Shown in pieces: positions 49,701 to 62,089 of a DNA stretch of 64,000 bases; position 1 is the stretch's first letter; each line of letters starts with the position of its first letter. Source of the DNA: Utricularia gibba (taxonomy: Eukaryota; Plantae; Magnoliophyta); contig NEEC01000008.1 of NCBI GenBank assembly GCA_002189035.1, forward strand, positions 124,001-188,000, in the 5' to 3' direction. The notes beneath the pieces are model-generated. The model worked only from the letters and a program-made list of their open reading frames with translations, had not been told where the DNA came from and ran no database searches. Both the position numbers and the translations under genes were made by a program.

Positions 49701-52700
49701 CAAGGACGGACAAAGGAAGGAGATGGAATCTTATTCCCATGAACTGCGTACCGTAGTCAAGGTCCATCACTTAGGTTGTAACTTTTATTTCTGCATCTTA
49801 AAAACCCTCTTTTACAAAACTGTGACATTTTGTAGAAGTTTCTTACAAACACTTTTCATGAAAAACAACTCCCTGAGATTGATACTCGTACTACGCTTTT
49901 TGTGTTTTACGTTTTATAAATATTCAAAATTTGTTGAAGAAACGACACGCAACCCTCATGACAACTGAAACCCCACGAAAAGAACTACCACGTGTCCGAC
50001 TTGGAGTTGGCAGTAGTCATGCATGCATTGAAAGTATGGCATCACTATCTATATGGAGCACAATGTGAGTTATTCACTGACTATCAGAGCTTGAAGTACA
50101 TCTTCATCCAAAAGGAGTTGAACCTAAGGCAAAGACAATGGTGGGAACTGATCAAGGACTATGACCTTGAGGTGAATTACCACCCCGATAAGGCCAACAG
50201 AGTTGTGTACGTGCTCAGTAGTGCAGCAGTGAACAAAGACTTAGCTAGAAAATTGGTAAGGATAGAGATGTGGACAGATATAGACGTGGCTATGCGCAAG
50301 GTGACTACAAATTTATTGGAATTGATACACATTGCACAAGAAGAGGATGACTCAGGGGAGGTACAATAGAATAATGTAGAGAATGGAATTGGACCATATA
50401 GCCTATGCGAAGATGAGACTATTTGTGTACACAAGTGAGTATGAGTACTAGTAAGGAATGGTCTAAGGGAAGAAATCCTAAGAGAGGCACATCACTCGCC
50501 CCTAGCCATCCACCCAGGCAACATGAAGATTTGTCAGGATCTCAAGAGAAGCTTCTGGTGGCGAGGACTAAGGTTCTCATTAGCAGAATGGACGGCACAG
50601 TGCCAGGTATGCTAGCGAACTAAAGTAGAACATCGATGATCAGCAAGTAACTTGCAACCCCTGGACATACCTATGTGGAAGTGGGAGGATGTGACGATAG
50701 ATTTTGCCACGGGGTTGCCAAAGACCAAGGATGGCCTAAACACGGCATGGATCGTGATGGACAAGTTAACAAAGAGTGTTCACTTCATACAAATACATGC
50801 GGATTGGGGCATGAATGTTCTCACCAAGGTGTCCTGCAAGAGATCGTACACCTACATGAAATGTCAGCGATCATAGTATCTAACCGGGATGCCAAATTCA
50901 CATCCCACTTTTGGAGAGCACTATAGGGGGACTTAGAGACGAAACTACTCATGAGTACTACCTACCACCCTCAAACGAATGCGCAATCAGAGAGGACCAT
51001 ACAGGTACTAGAGGACTTGTTACAAGGTTGCGCCTTGGAATTGCAGGAAGGATAAGACGAACACATATACCTGGTGGAATTCACATACAACAATGGCTAC
51101 TAGTTGAGTCTAGGCATGGTACCATTCGAGGCACTCTATAGGTGGCGATGTTCCATACCATTACATTCGTACAAAGTAGGTGAGAGGAAAATGTTGAAAC
51201 TAGACGTGGTACAAGACACTGAGCAAAATGTCAGGATGATTTGAGATAGGCTAAAGGCTGCTCAAGACTGATAGAAGAGTTGGGCGGATCAACAATGCCT
51301 AACACTTGAGCTATAGATAGGAGACAAGGTGTATCTCAAGGTATGCCCATGCAAAAGAGTGATGCGACAAGGGAAGTTTGGCAAGTTAGGGCCACGCTAC
51401 ATCGGACCATATGAGGTGATAGCACGGGTAAGGGAGGTAACCTACCAACTCGCCCTGCCTGCGAGCATGGGGGCAATGCATGATGTGTTCCATATCTCGC
51501 AACCCAGGAGACACATCCCCTCGCCAAATAGAAGATCAGGACATATGACTTCATGCTAAGAGAGAACTTGACTTACCAGAACAAGCCCTTGAGGATACTG
51601 GATGGGTAAAGGTGCAATGGATGAGGCACAGCATTGAGTAGTTCACATGGGAAAAGGAGGTTGCCATGGGGGAGTTTGTGATCCCAGAATAAGGTACCGA
51701 TGTTTTCCATCAGCCTTACTTGCTCTATGTGCATTTGGGGTGGAATTGGGCTATTGGATCGAAGGATGCTTGAGAGAAGTATAAGGAAAGCCACTTGTGG
51801 CGAGAGAGGGTATTGGTTTGGCAAGTAAGTCAAGTGTGAGGCGTGCATGGGCAGCGTAGTGTGATGAGTAAGGCTAGTGAGACAGCGGGAGAACATCACA
51901 TGTATTGCGTAGAGGCTAGCGAGTGAGCAGGGAAGCATCATGCACGTAGAGGCTAGTGAGCATTTAGAGAGGTACCGCACATGTAGAGGCTAACGGGCGC
52001 ACGTACGCGTGTGAGATAGAAGAAATGCATGCACAGCATGCGTGCACCATGCGTGAACGGGCCATGCTTGCAGCATATGCAAGACACGATGGCGGCATGC
52101 GTGGCATGGCAAGATATGGTAAGATTTGGCAAAGACTTGTTCAAGGAAAGTTTCCCAATCCAATGGGAGATCAAATCTTGCTAGATATGGAAGACTTGGT
52201 CAACGAGGAAGTTTCTTAAAATTAAGGGGATCAAATCTTCAAGATATGAAAATATCCATATCAAGGATCAAGGGAGGCTAACCTCTATAAAATTAGAAGG
52301 GTCTAAGCCCCTCTTCCCCTCCCACACTTCCATTTCATGAAGGCACCAAGGTGGAAGGCATCAAGGTGGAAGGCATCAAGGCGGAAGGCTAGGCAGACAG
52401 CTAGAGCATGGAGGGGAAGAAGGCGCTTTGATCCGAAAGAGGGATTTCCATACAGTTTAGAGGCTAACATGGGTGTTCCATCGTGTGAAGGGCATAGTTA
52501 GTCAAGGGACACATGAATCGATGCAATCAAGGGGAGGGAAGGGTAGATGGCCACCCCAACTCAAAAGGCAACGCGCTTGTGCATGATTAATGCCATTCAA
52601 GGGGCTTTCAAGCATATATGGATCAAAAGATCATCAAGGGAGGACTCTCGGGTCTGATCACGGGACATCGATCAATCAAGGGTCAAGGGATGGATCTTAG
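46720..52700 (+). mobile_element. Degenerate chromovirus (Tekay/Del) Ty3/Gypsy: gag zinc knuckle, protease, RT, RNase H, integrase, chromodomain and 3' repeat/LTR-like region
   Basis: CFH.[41 protein letters not shown]; [13 protein letters not shown]; FIDEILIYS; [14 protein letters not shown]; WKWEDVTIDF; [18 protein letters not shown]; LTYQNKPLRILD. Many stops. Boundaries approximate. Confidence 0.92.
48696..49953 (+). mobile_element. Solo LTR of the Athila family-A element, inserted in the Tekay RNase H
   Basis: Homologous along its length to 3406-4690. Perfect TSD CCTCA (48691-48695 / 49954-49958). Removing it restores GYTS|*QLKPHEKNY. Terminal A of the CA end is missing. Confidence 0.92.
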
Positions 52701-55065
52701 GACCACTATCGTATGTCACACAAATCACAATTTCTTCTTCTTTACTCACTATGTGATAGGATATCAAGTATCGTACAAGACGTACCCCTTACGTGTCTTG
52801 TAGGAATGTTTGGGGAGGAGACATCAGATGGGCTAGGTGTGGCGGTGGTGAAAGTGGAGCTGCCACAGTGTCTCACACATGCCTCGAGCATGTCCCACTC
52901 GTGCACGGTGTTGTCCACACATTCTATGCGCACGTTGTCTTTGTCTCACACGTGTGCCTGCTAACCTCTACATGCCCCTGCTCATCCGTTAGCCTCTATG
53001 CGTGGTACCTCTCTATGTGCTCACTAGCCTCTATGCGTGATGCTTCCTTGCTCGCCTGCTAGCCTCTAAGCATGCGATACTCTCTCATTAGCCCGTTGTC
53101 TCGCCAGCCTTACCCATCATGCTGCGCTGCCCGCATGTGCCTAGTGCTAGCCTTGCTTGCCACCTGACAGCATCTCTTGCCACAAGTGGCTTCTCTTAGA
53201 TTCCTTTCAAAGATTCCTTGATCTAATGCCGCGATTGCATCCCAAATGCACATAGACCAAGAAGTTTCATCCCTAAAACTTCACCATCCATGATCATCAA
53301 GTACTCTCTGTGCATGGTAGTCTTCTTCTACTAGGTGGATTCCTCAATGCTGCGCCTCATCCATTGTATCTTTACCCACCATACCGATTTCCAATTTACC
53401 ATAGTGACCTTCTGATCTAGTATCCTCAAAGGCTTGTTCTGGTAATTCAAGTTCTCCCTTAGCACAAAATCATTTGTCCTAAACTCATGTCTGTAAGGGA
53501 ATGTGTCTCTTGAGTTGAGAGATGTGGAACACATCATGCATCGCCCTCATGCTTGTGGGTAGGGTGAGTTGGTAGACTACCTCTCCTACTCGTGCTATTA
53601 CCTTATACAGTTCGATGTATTGCAATCCTAACTTTCCAAACTTCCCCTATCATGTGACCTCTTTCCATGGGGAGACCTTGAGAATGCCATGTTCTCTATC
53701 TATAGCTCAAGTGGTCGTTGTCACTGATTTGCTCAACTCTTCTATCCATCTTGAGCAACCTTTAACCTTTCTCGAATTATTCAGACATTTTGCTTAGCAT
53801 CATGTACTAAATCTGATCCCAACATTTTTCTCTCGCCAACTTCGGCATTGCCACCCATAGAGTGCCTCGAATGGAGCCGTGCCTAGGCTCGCCTGCTAGA
53901 CATTGTTGTATGAAAACTCTACTAGGTATATGTGTTCGTCCCATCCACCTTGCAATTTCCGCAAGCTCATAGTAAGTCTTCCAGTACATGTATGGTTCTC
54001 TTTGATTGCCCATCCATAGAGATGAAAGTTGGGCCGGGCCGGGCTGGCCTGACCCTATTTCAGAGGGCCTTGTCAAGTTTCGGGCTAGGGCCGGGCTAAA
54101 GCCCGATTCCATAAAAATATGATTAACATGGCCCTAGCCCGATTATTCAGAGGGCCGGGCTGGCCCTACCCAGCCCACGGGCTTACCATATAAAAATTTA
54201 AAAATTTAAAAATTATTAAACATTAATATACATTTTAATATTATTTAAATAATTTATAGAAAAATTTTTAAAATTATTATACAAATTATTAATTCATATT
54301 ATCTATCCTTAAAATAAAATTATATATATATAATGAATTTAAATTATTCAAAATTAAGAATAATTATAATTATTATATATAAAATTCTATTTTTAACTTG
54401 GCCCTAAGCCCGACAATCTTTCAGGTCATCAATGTACAGGCCCAAGCCCGATGTTTTTTAAGACCAGATCGGGCCAGCCCACAGGCTTGGGCTTTAACTT
54501 TCATCCCTACCCATCCATCTAAGGGTGGAAGACAATGCTAATGAGTAGCTTCGTCCATAACTCCCCTTGCAGTGCTCTCTAGAAGCACGATGTGAACTTG
54601 ACATCTCAGTCAGATACCATGGTCGCTGGCACACCATGTAGGCATACAATCTCTCATTGGTAGACCTTGGCGAGAGCATTCACACTCCAATCCTCATGTA
54701 TCGGTATGAAGTGGGCGCTCTTTGTTAACCTGTCCATTACGATCCATGGTGCGTTTAGGGCATTCTTGGTCTTTCGCAACCCTGTGAAAAAATCCATCGC
54801 CACATCCTCCCACTTCCACACAAGTATGTCTAGGGGTTGCAAGTGACTCTTTGGTCATTGATGCTCTGCTTTTGTTCACTGGCATTCCTGGCATTGTGCT
54901 ATGCATTCCGCTATCGAGAACCTTAGTGCTAGCCACCAGAAGCTCTTCTTGATGTCCTGATACATCTTCGTGTTGTCTGGGTGGATGTTCAGAGATAAGT
55001 GATGCGCTTCCCTTAGTATTTTTTCCCTTAGACCATCCCTTGCTGGTACCCATACAACATAGATC
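52700..55065 (-). mobile_element. Second, inverted Tekay/Del fragment (integrase to 3' region)
   Basis: ORFs 54654-54842 (QPLDILVWKWEDVAMDF), 54876-55067 (KILREAHH) and 53331-53537 (chromodomain). Paralogous to 50400-52080. Confidence 0.9.
54017..54509. mobile_element. Non-autonomous hAT (Ac/Ds-type) MITE, 493 bp
   Basis: TIRs TAGAGATGAAAGTT / AACTTTCATCCCTA; the right end equals the Ac/Ds TIR TAGGGATGAAA. Perfect 8-bp TSD CCCATCCA (54009-54016 / 54510-54517). GGGCC/GGCCC subterminal repeats around an AT-rich core. Confidence 0.95.
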
Positions 55066-55639
55066 AATTTTATTGTTGTGAAGTATTATTTTACTGTTAT
55101 ATTTTGTATCATTTTCTATGTCTAATTGCAATTAGAGTCGTCTCATTAGAAGTCATCTTCCATTTTATTTCACAATTTCATTGCCGAAAATGCACCTTCA
55201 TATGTCATTGTAGAAACTAGAGGAGTCAAAACAAGTTGAATCAACCTATCAACAAGATCATAATTCAAAAACTTCCTAGACTTCACCATAATTCGACATA
55301 ATTCAGAAAGACTTGAGATGAAACAAAATCATCTAATAAATGGGTTTTGTTAAACTATTATATATAGGTTTGTAATGATATAATATAATCTCATGTGTTT
55401 AGCTACAAAACATACACATCAGCTTTTACTAATGGGATTAAAGGCTTAAAATTACCTAACAACCATGACCTGAAAGTATTGCTGATATAATTGAAAGAAA
55501 TATTAAAATTTCATTTGAAAATAATAGAAATCAGTGTACTCAAAGAACTAGATCGGTAAGTGATTTGCTTGTATGCACGGAAAGAATAGCGTACAATGCC
55601 TTGTCTTGCTATGCTATCATAGAAATAACAAAATTCTCA

Positions 55640-56090
55640 TAAGCAAACGTGGAATAAATATGGAAAGATGCAATGAATGAAGAGATCAATTCAATTGACA
55701 AGAATCAAATTTGGGAATTGGGTGAAAAAAAAGAAGATAAAAATTGTGATATCATAGGAATGAAGTGGATTTATAAAACCAAGTTAAATGCTAATGGGTC
55801 AGTAAATAAATGTAAAGTCACCATGTATTTTAAAAGGAAGGCAATCAAATAAAGAGTGTCAATTATGAGACGAATTTTTCTCCAATGCTTGAAATGGATA
55901 CATTAAAATGTCATTAGATCTCTAAGCTCAATAAATTGGAAGATATATATATCATATGAAAGTGAAAATTGTTTTCTTGAATAATATTTTAGAAGATGAA
56001 GTATATGTGAGTGAATCTAAAGGTTATATAAAATTTGAAGAGAAAGTCAAAATTTATAAACTTTGCAAAGCTTTATATGTGATCAATAAA
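55640..56090 (+). mobile_element. Degenerate Copia RT (RVT_2) fragment
   Basis: KDAMNEEINSIDKNQIWEL; IIGMKWIYKTKLNANGSV; LEDEVYV; YKLCKALY. Confidence 0.8.
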
Positions 56091-56974
56091 TTTTTTTCCT
56101 AATCATTGCAAATAAAGATTTTGATATCAAATAAAATTGATAATACTCAATTCACAATAAAACACAATTCAAATAAGAATGTATAGCAAAATCGAGGTTG
56201 AACATGAAGATATAGTGCTTGTAATGTGCTTTTTAGATGTATTATCATAGATTAATTTCATTTTAAGTTCTAACCTAAACAAGAGATTGATACAAAATCA
56301 GTAAAACAAAATTAGATAAAAATGGAAGTAGTCAACTCAAATTTGATATAAGGAAAAAAAATGATTCCCTAAGATAAATTCGATGATATAGTGAAATCAG
56401 CTCATAAGTCTAATATGTATTTCTTTTTTTTTTCACAAACTGAAATAATATGTCTACTAAGGTCATTTTCTAGTTTTTCTAAGCATTTCACACTTAGTTC
56501 TATCATTTCGTGAAATAAATAGAATTAGGTCAATCCAATTCTATCGATTTCTACGAAGAATATCATCTATTTTATCTTTTTCAATTCTTCAGTGTGCCTT
56601 TAAATCAGATTTCTACACTATGTTTGATAATTTTTCTACCTCTTATGTCTATCTTGCAAAAATGTAGATAAAAAAAATAAGAACTAAAATCCCGCATCAC
56701 CTATGTATATTCTAAAGCACCTTCTTCAACTTGCCACATATTTTTAAGTATGAAATCATAATAAAATAACCTAAAACAAGATAAACATTCAAAGTCATGT
56801 TTGAAAGTACGAAGGAAATGTAAAACATTCAAAATACTTAAATAAAAAGAGTTCTAGCCTTGCTGTGTTAATTGTCATTTTTTTATATGTTTTAGTATAT
56901 ATTTTTATATATTAATTTAGAATAAAGTTGTCCAATTAAGAATTATTAAAATGCTTGAAAATGTTCTTAGTTGA

Positions 56975-57890
56975 ATATGAGGATCACTATGACTATAGCC
57001 TTTGATAAATATACCAAAGACAAAAATATTTATTTGATATTATGGATGAGTGGTTATGCAAAAACTATTTCATTTTTTGTAGTTAGCTATAGGGGTTGGT
57101 TCATCTGTGCAACTTTTGTCACTTCATGGTATATCCACAATCTATCAAGTTCCTATTTGGAGGGCTATCATTTTTAAACAGTCTTGGTTTTGACTCTTGT
57201 TAATATTTTAGTATATTCTTTATTGTTATTATGGGATCCTAAAGCATAAGAGGATTTTACTCATTTGTATCAATTAGGTGATCCATGGACTTTTGTTGCT
57301 CTTCATGGTGCTTTCAAACTCATTTCATATGAAGGGAATTGCCAATGTATTGGAGGCTGCATCGCTATGTATATTCATGACGCTACCGTGGAAAATACTT
57401 TATTTGAAGATGGTGATGGTGCAACTACATTTCTTGTTTTTAGCTCAACTTAAGCAAAAGAAATTTATTCCACTGTTACTGCTAACCGCTTTTGATTCCA
57501 AATCTTTGTGGTTGCTTTTTCCAAAAACCGGTTTATGGATGAGTGATCTTGGGGTAGTTGGCTTGGCCACAAACCTACGTGCTTATGACTTTGATTCTTA
57601 GGAGATTTGCATAGAGTAAGATCCAATATTTGAGACTTTCTACACCAAAAATAGTATATAAAACGAGGGAATTCATGCTTGGATGGCGGCTCAAGATTAG
57701 CCTCATGAAATCTTTATATTCCCTAAGTAGGTCCTATCATGTGGAAAAGCTCTTTAATGAAACTTTAGTTATAGCTGGTCGTGACAAAGAAATCATCGAT
57801 TTTTCTTGGTGGGCCGAAAATGCACAACTTATTCATATATATAGTAAACCACTTGGAGCTCATGTAGCCCATGTTGGATTCATCATAGGG
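56975..57890 (+). pseudogene. psbD/psbC: Nuclear plastid DNA insertion (NUPT): decayed psbD and 5' end of psbC
   Basis: ATG at 56989 MTIAFDKYTKD; GWF..TFVTSWY.H.L.SSYLEG; [10 protein letters not shown]; [16 protein letters not shown]; TGLWMS.LGVVGLA.NLRAYDF; then overlapping psb[29 protein letters not shown]. Stops, frameshifts and internal deletions. Confidence 0.95.
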
Positions 57891-58136
57891 TTAATATCAT
57901 TTTTTATACCCATACAATACTGTTTTTTCATTGTTTATCCCTTTGTTTATTTCTTGCAAAAATGATTCCTTTTCTTCACCTAAAATATCATTTATATTTT
58001 CCGGTGTATTTTTCCAGTGGGAATGCACGTGACAATGCACGTGGGGCGTGAAAGTTTCCACCCAAAAGAACCTTAGGTTCTTCAATCTGCTTTGTCAATT
58101 CCAATTTCTTCATTTGGTGTTTCCACGATAAGTGGT

Positions 58137-58373
58137 ATGAGTAGATGCAATAGTGAGATTCTGGTGGAGATCAACTTCGGTGGTCACATGATTATTAATG
58201 GGGTGAGGCCGAAATATGTTCTAGGAATGCAAGCGGTGATTAAGCTCAACAACTCCAAGTCAATTACCATTCCATTTCTACGGGGTATTGCAGCTGCTTA
58301 TGGATATCTGCATGAAGATAATTGTGAGTTTTGGATGAAAGTCATTGATAACCCAAAGTGTATATTGGGTGAA
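58137..58373 (+). pseudogene. Probable N-terminal (PB1-like) fragment of a second MULE transposase, cut by an LTR
   Basis: EINFGGHM...KYVLG...S.TIPFL.GIAAAYGY...FW resembles the N-terminal pattern of plant Mutator transposases. Frame ends at the LTR start. Confidence 0.45.
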
Positions 58374-58946
58374 TGATAAACGAAAATTTCCAAATGTCGT
58401 TGGAAAAATAGAAATTTCGTTATCAAATAAATTTATAACTCTAATCTACACAAAATACAAATTTGGAAAACTTGTATAGTGGATATCGGGGTCGATCACA
58501 AAGAACTTGTGCTTGCTAAGTGTTTTAGTAAATGCATGATTTGGAATAACAGTAGATCTTAGTCTAAGCTTGGACTAGCAGTGGCAAGAAAGTTCAGTAA
58601 ACAGAATCAGGTTTCAATGCAAGAGGTAATAAGTACTGGTTCTAACTCAGAATAACATGAAGACGCCTTAAGGATCTGTAGGTGGTGTTATGCTAAGGTT
58701 CCTAACTTAATTTACCATCTTCTTACACTCACAACTTCAAATAACCTAAGTCTAACCAGGTCATTCATCATATTTTCGGCTAAGCTAGTCCTCAATATCA
58801 TAACCAACATTGCAATAAGGTCTACCCGCATGCAAGGCATATAGAACTAGGTCTACCCGGTTCTACTGGTTCTACCCTGGACTAACACTGACTGCTCCCG
58901 TCTTGGTTTATTGGTCTACCTCTAAACCAAGCTTCTAAGTTGTGAA
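58374..58946 (-). mobile_element. Athila-type LTR fragment (family B-related), split by the Angela LTR; probably resumes at 60400
   Basis: Starts TGATAAACG and shares TATCAAATAA.TTTATAAC, GTCGA.(T)AC.AAGA and repeated GGTCTACC motifs with 34157-34620. Confidence 0.7.
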
Positions 58947-60399
58947 TGTTAGTGTATGTGTTCTAGAGACAATCAACTCATTGGCAAATCTTATGTTATG
59001 ATATTTACTTTGAATTGTGATCAAATTTATATCATTGATAAAATCCTCTACTTGATCTATGTGCTATAGAAATTATGATGAGATCATAATGTGAGATTCT
59101 TCAAGCACTCATGATCAAGTTAAAAACTCCCTAGCTAGAGTATTTGTGAAATGAGGATATCACAAATACGGATAAGCTGGCACACATTGAGTTCCCTAAA
59201 TTGTTTAGGCAATGGTTCTCACAATTGATGTAATGAGATTACTAGAACCTATGTGTGGGTGTCGATTAGAGAATTGATTCACTGGATGACTCATCTTCGA
59301 GATGCTACTATGGGAAGCTAACCAAGTGTCAGTAGCAAGATCTCGAATATGACAGCCGTGCAATTAAGCTTAGACTTGAGGTCAACAAAGTTATCTTGAT
59401 CTTAAACTCACATTTTCGCTCATTACTAATGAGAGTCTAACCATGGTTTGCCTAGTATGGATGAGTAGGGATGTGACTCCTTAAGGTTGGAGATAGTTGA
59501 TTGATCAATAAAGGATTCGTCACTCATGTTAGCGATGAGATCATATCTCAAGTAATTGTATCAAAGCCTAACAGTAAGTCCTGGGCCTAGGGTAATGACA
59601 CTCGAATTGTTTGAGTAGGTCATTGAGTGTTAGTGCTTGAATGCAATTATAAGTTCAATACATCAAAAAGACACACACCCATGTTCTAGTATCGAATGAG
59701 ATATAAGTATGATGAAAGCTGTTCATTGCATGGTGGCTGGTCATGGAAAGGCTTAATCAGTTCACTTGATTATTCTTTAATCTTGGGGATCATAATATGT
59801 TGTTAGACATCACTCATGATTGATAATGATGGATTTGATTAATTAAGAGTTAATTAATAAATCCATTATTACGGCTTTGATTGAAGAAGCCTATAGGATC
59901 ACACACAATAGTGGAGTCACTCATCGATATAAAATAAAATGACACAATTACATGAGATGTAATTGGTAAAGTGAGTAAATTAAATAGAGAGCTATTTTGA
60001 GATTAATATAGATTAAACTCAAAATAAAAGATCTCATATAGATATGATTTGATATGTCACAAAAATATTTATAAAAAAGATTTAGATCTTGAGATCTGCT
60101 CCAAAGTCTTCGTGTTCTCTAAGACTGATCCACAAGGAGGCGTTTTTCTCTACTAACACCTGAGAAATTCGACTAGCATTCAAGAGCCTTGAAAAGGTTA
60201 TCGACGGAGTGCTCCACGTGTGGATACCATAGAGGCCGTCTGCTATTGGCTGTTGGTGAACAACGGAGTCATCTGAAAGGTATTTTGAACATCCCTTCGT
60301 CTGATGTATACCGTATTCCAAGATCTGCGTTTGGGGTTTCTCAAAAAATTTTAAATTCCGTTGCTTTTGAGACATACGATGTCTACGAGAAACCCAACA
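58947..60399 (+). mobile_element. Angela-lineage Copia solo LTR, 1453 bp
   Basis: Starts TGTTAGTGTATGTGTTCTAGAGACAATC, contains CCTATAGGATCACACAC, CGTGTGGATACC..AGAGGC and AAATTTTAAATTCCG, and ends CCCAACA. No PBS follows. Only GAA is shared by the flanks (GTGAA / GAATC). Confidence 0.8.
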
Positions 60400-60899
60400 G
60401 AATCAACTCCTGGTGAGAAAATAACATGCAACATTACTCGATAATGAGATTAATCAGGTGAGTGAATTATATCATTCATCATCATGTGGAGGTCACTATG
60501 GGTCAAATAGAATAGCAAAGAGGTTACCTAACTATGGATATTAATGGCCTTCTATATTTCGAAATTGTTTTTATTTTTGTAGGGCTTGTCAAAAATAGAT
60601 AACATCATTAACAAGAATGAAATGCTGCTGCAACCTATTATTTGTGATAATACGTATTTTATTAGTGTTTTCAAGTTATAAAATTAGGATTTTAATGATA
60701 AAATTAGGTATTTTAATTTTGATTTTTAATATTTGATTAATTGTAGTATTATTTATTCTATATTATGATTTTTAATGTTCTTCTACGTATTAGTAGTAGC
60801 ATTATATATCAAATTTAGCTAATTTGTAAGTACAAGTCGATGGATACAAGGAGGGGACATGATTGATATTCAACTGTGTGTTGTTTGCAAGTTCAAGTC

Positions 60900-61900
60900 A
60901 AGAGCAATATGACTATCAAAAACATCAATTGCATTGAAAATGGAGAAGAGGAGAGAAGAAGATATTTTTTGAAAGTGAGAGAAACCGAAAGAAAGAAGAA
61001 AGTTAGAACAATACCAAACCCCAATAGGAGGAGGAAGGAGACGATTGAGAAAAAGATTTTAATATAGAGTTATTCCAACACTAAACCCAATTCCGTGCTA
61101 CTATTTTGAGTAGGATACAGTAGCTACGGAGAATGTGGAACTAAACTTGTCTTTTTTATGCATTGTGAACATTTTATGTTTATTGTTTTACTTTCGAATT
61201 TGTGATCATGAACATGCTTTTATTTTCAATTTTTGAAGTAATCATGATACTTTTCATTATGTATGGTTAGATTTTAGGGATGCCTTAAAATGTGTAAAGG
61301 TGATGTGGTTAGGGTTTGCTAGATAATCTAGAATTATGTACATTAACAATTCATTTCTAACATTTTTCAAGTAGATCTAAGGGGAGAAATGAACAATAGT
61401 GCTGCTCAAAAGTTTGATTTAGAGCGAATCAAGAGAAGGATAATATGTATTAGTTATGAGTAGAACTAATAGAATCAGATAAATGTAGTTCTACATATTT
61501 TGCATATGGATAGACCTAAGTGAGAAATAGATGATGATATTAATGAATGACTTAGTTGAAAAATGAAAAATGATCTGATAGATTTAGATTGTTTAGAGTA
61601 TGCACAAATACAAATTATAGATTAGATTAGGTACTTGAATACCAAATCACCTGAACCATCTTAACGTATCTTAGTATTATTTTGTGCTTAGAACCTATAT
61701 TTTTTATTTTTAGCATTGACTTGATTATACTTAATGAAACTTGTGTATCATTATTAGTTTGATCTTGGATTAAGATTAGAATTTGTTCTACTATTTTACA
61801 TCTAATAAAACACATAGTATGCATGTACTCCTTTTGATGGATCCTGAAATTCATTATACAAATTTTCTGATTTGTATTTTATGAAAATTAAAGATTATAA
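60900..61900 (+). mobile_element. Possible decayed Athila-type LTR body
   Basis: Purine-rich then AT-rich LTR-like composition with CATGAACATG and GCTAGATAATCTAG type motifs. No termini found. Confidence 0.35.
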
Positions 61901-62089
61901 ATTTATTTGATACGAAAATTCATTCTTTTGCAACGACATAAGAATTTCCATTTATCAATTAGGACAAATATTTGATGTGTGGGGAATTAATTTCATGCGT
62001 CCATTTCTTAACTTGCATGGGTATGAATATATTCTAGTATGTGTAAACTATCTTTTCAATTAAATTGAAACAATTCCAACTTGTGTGCA

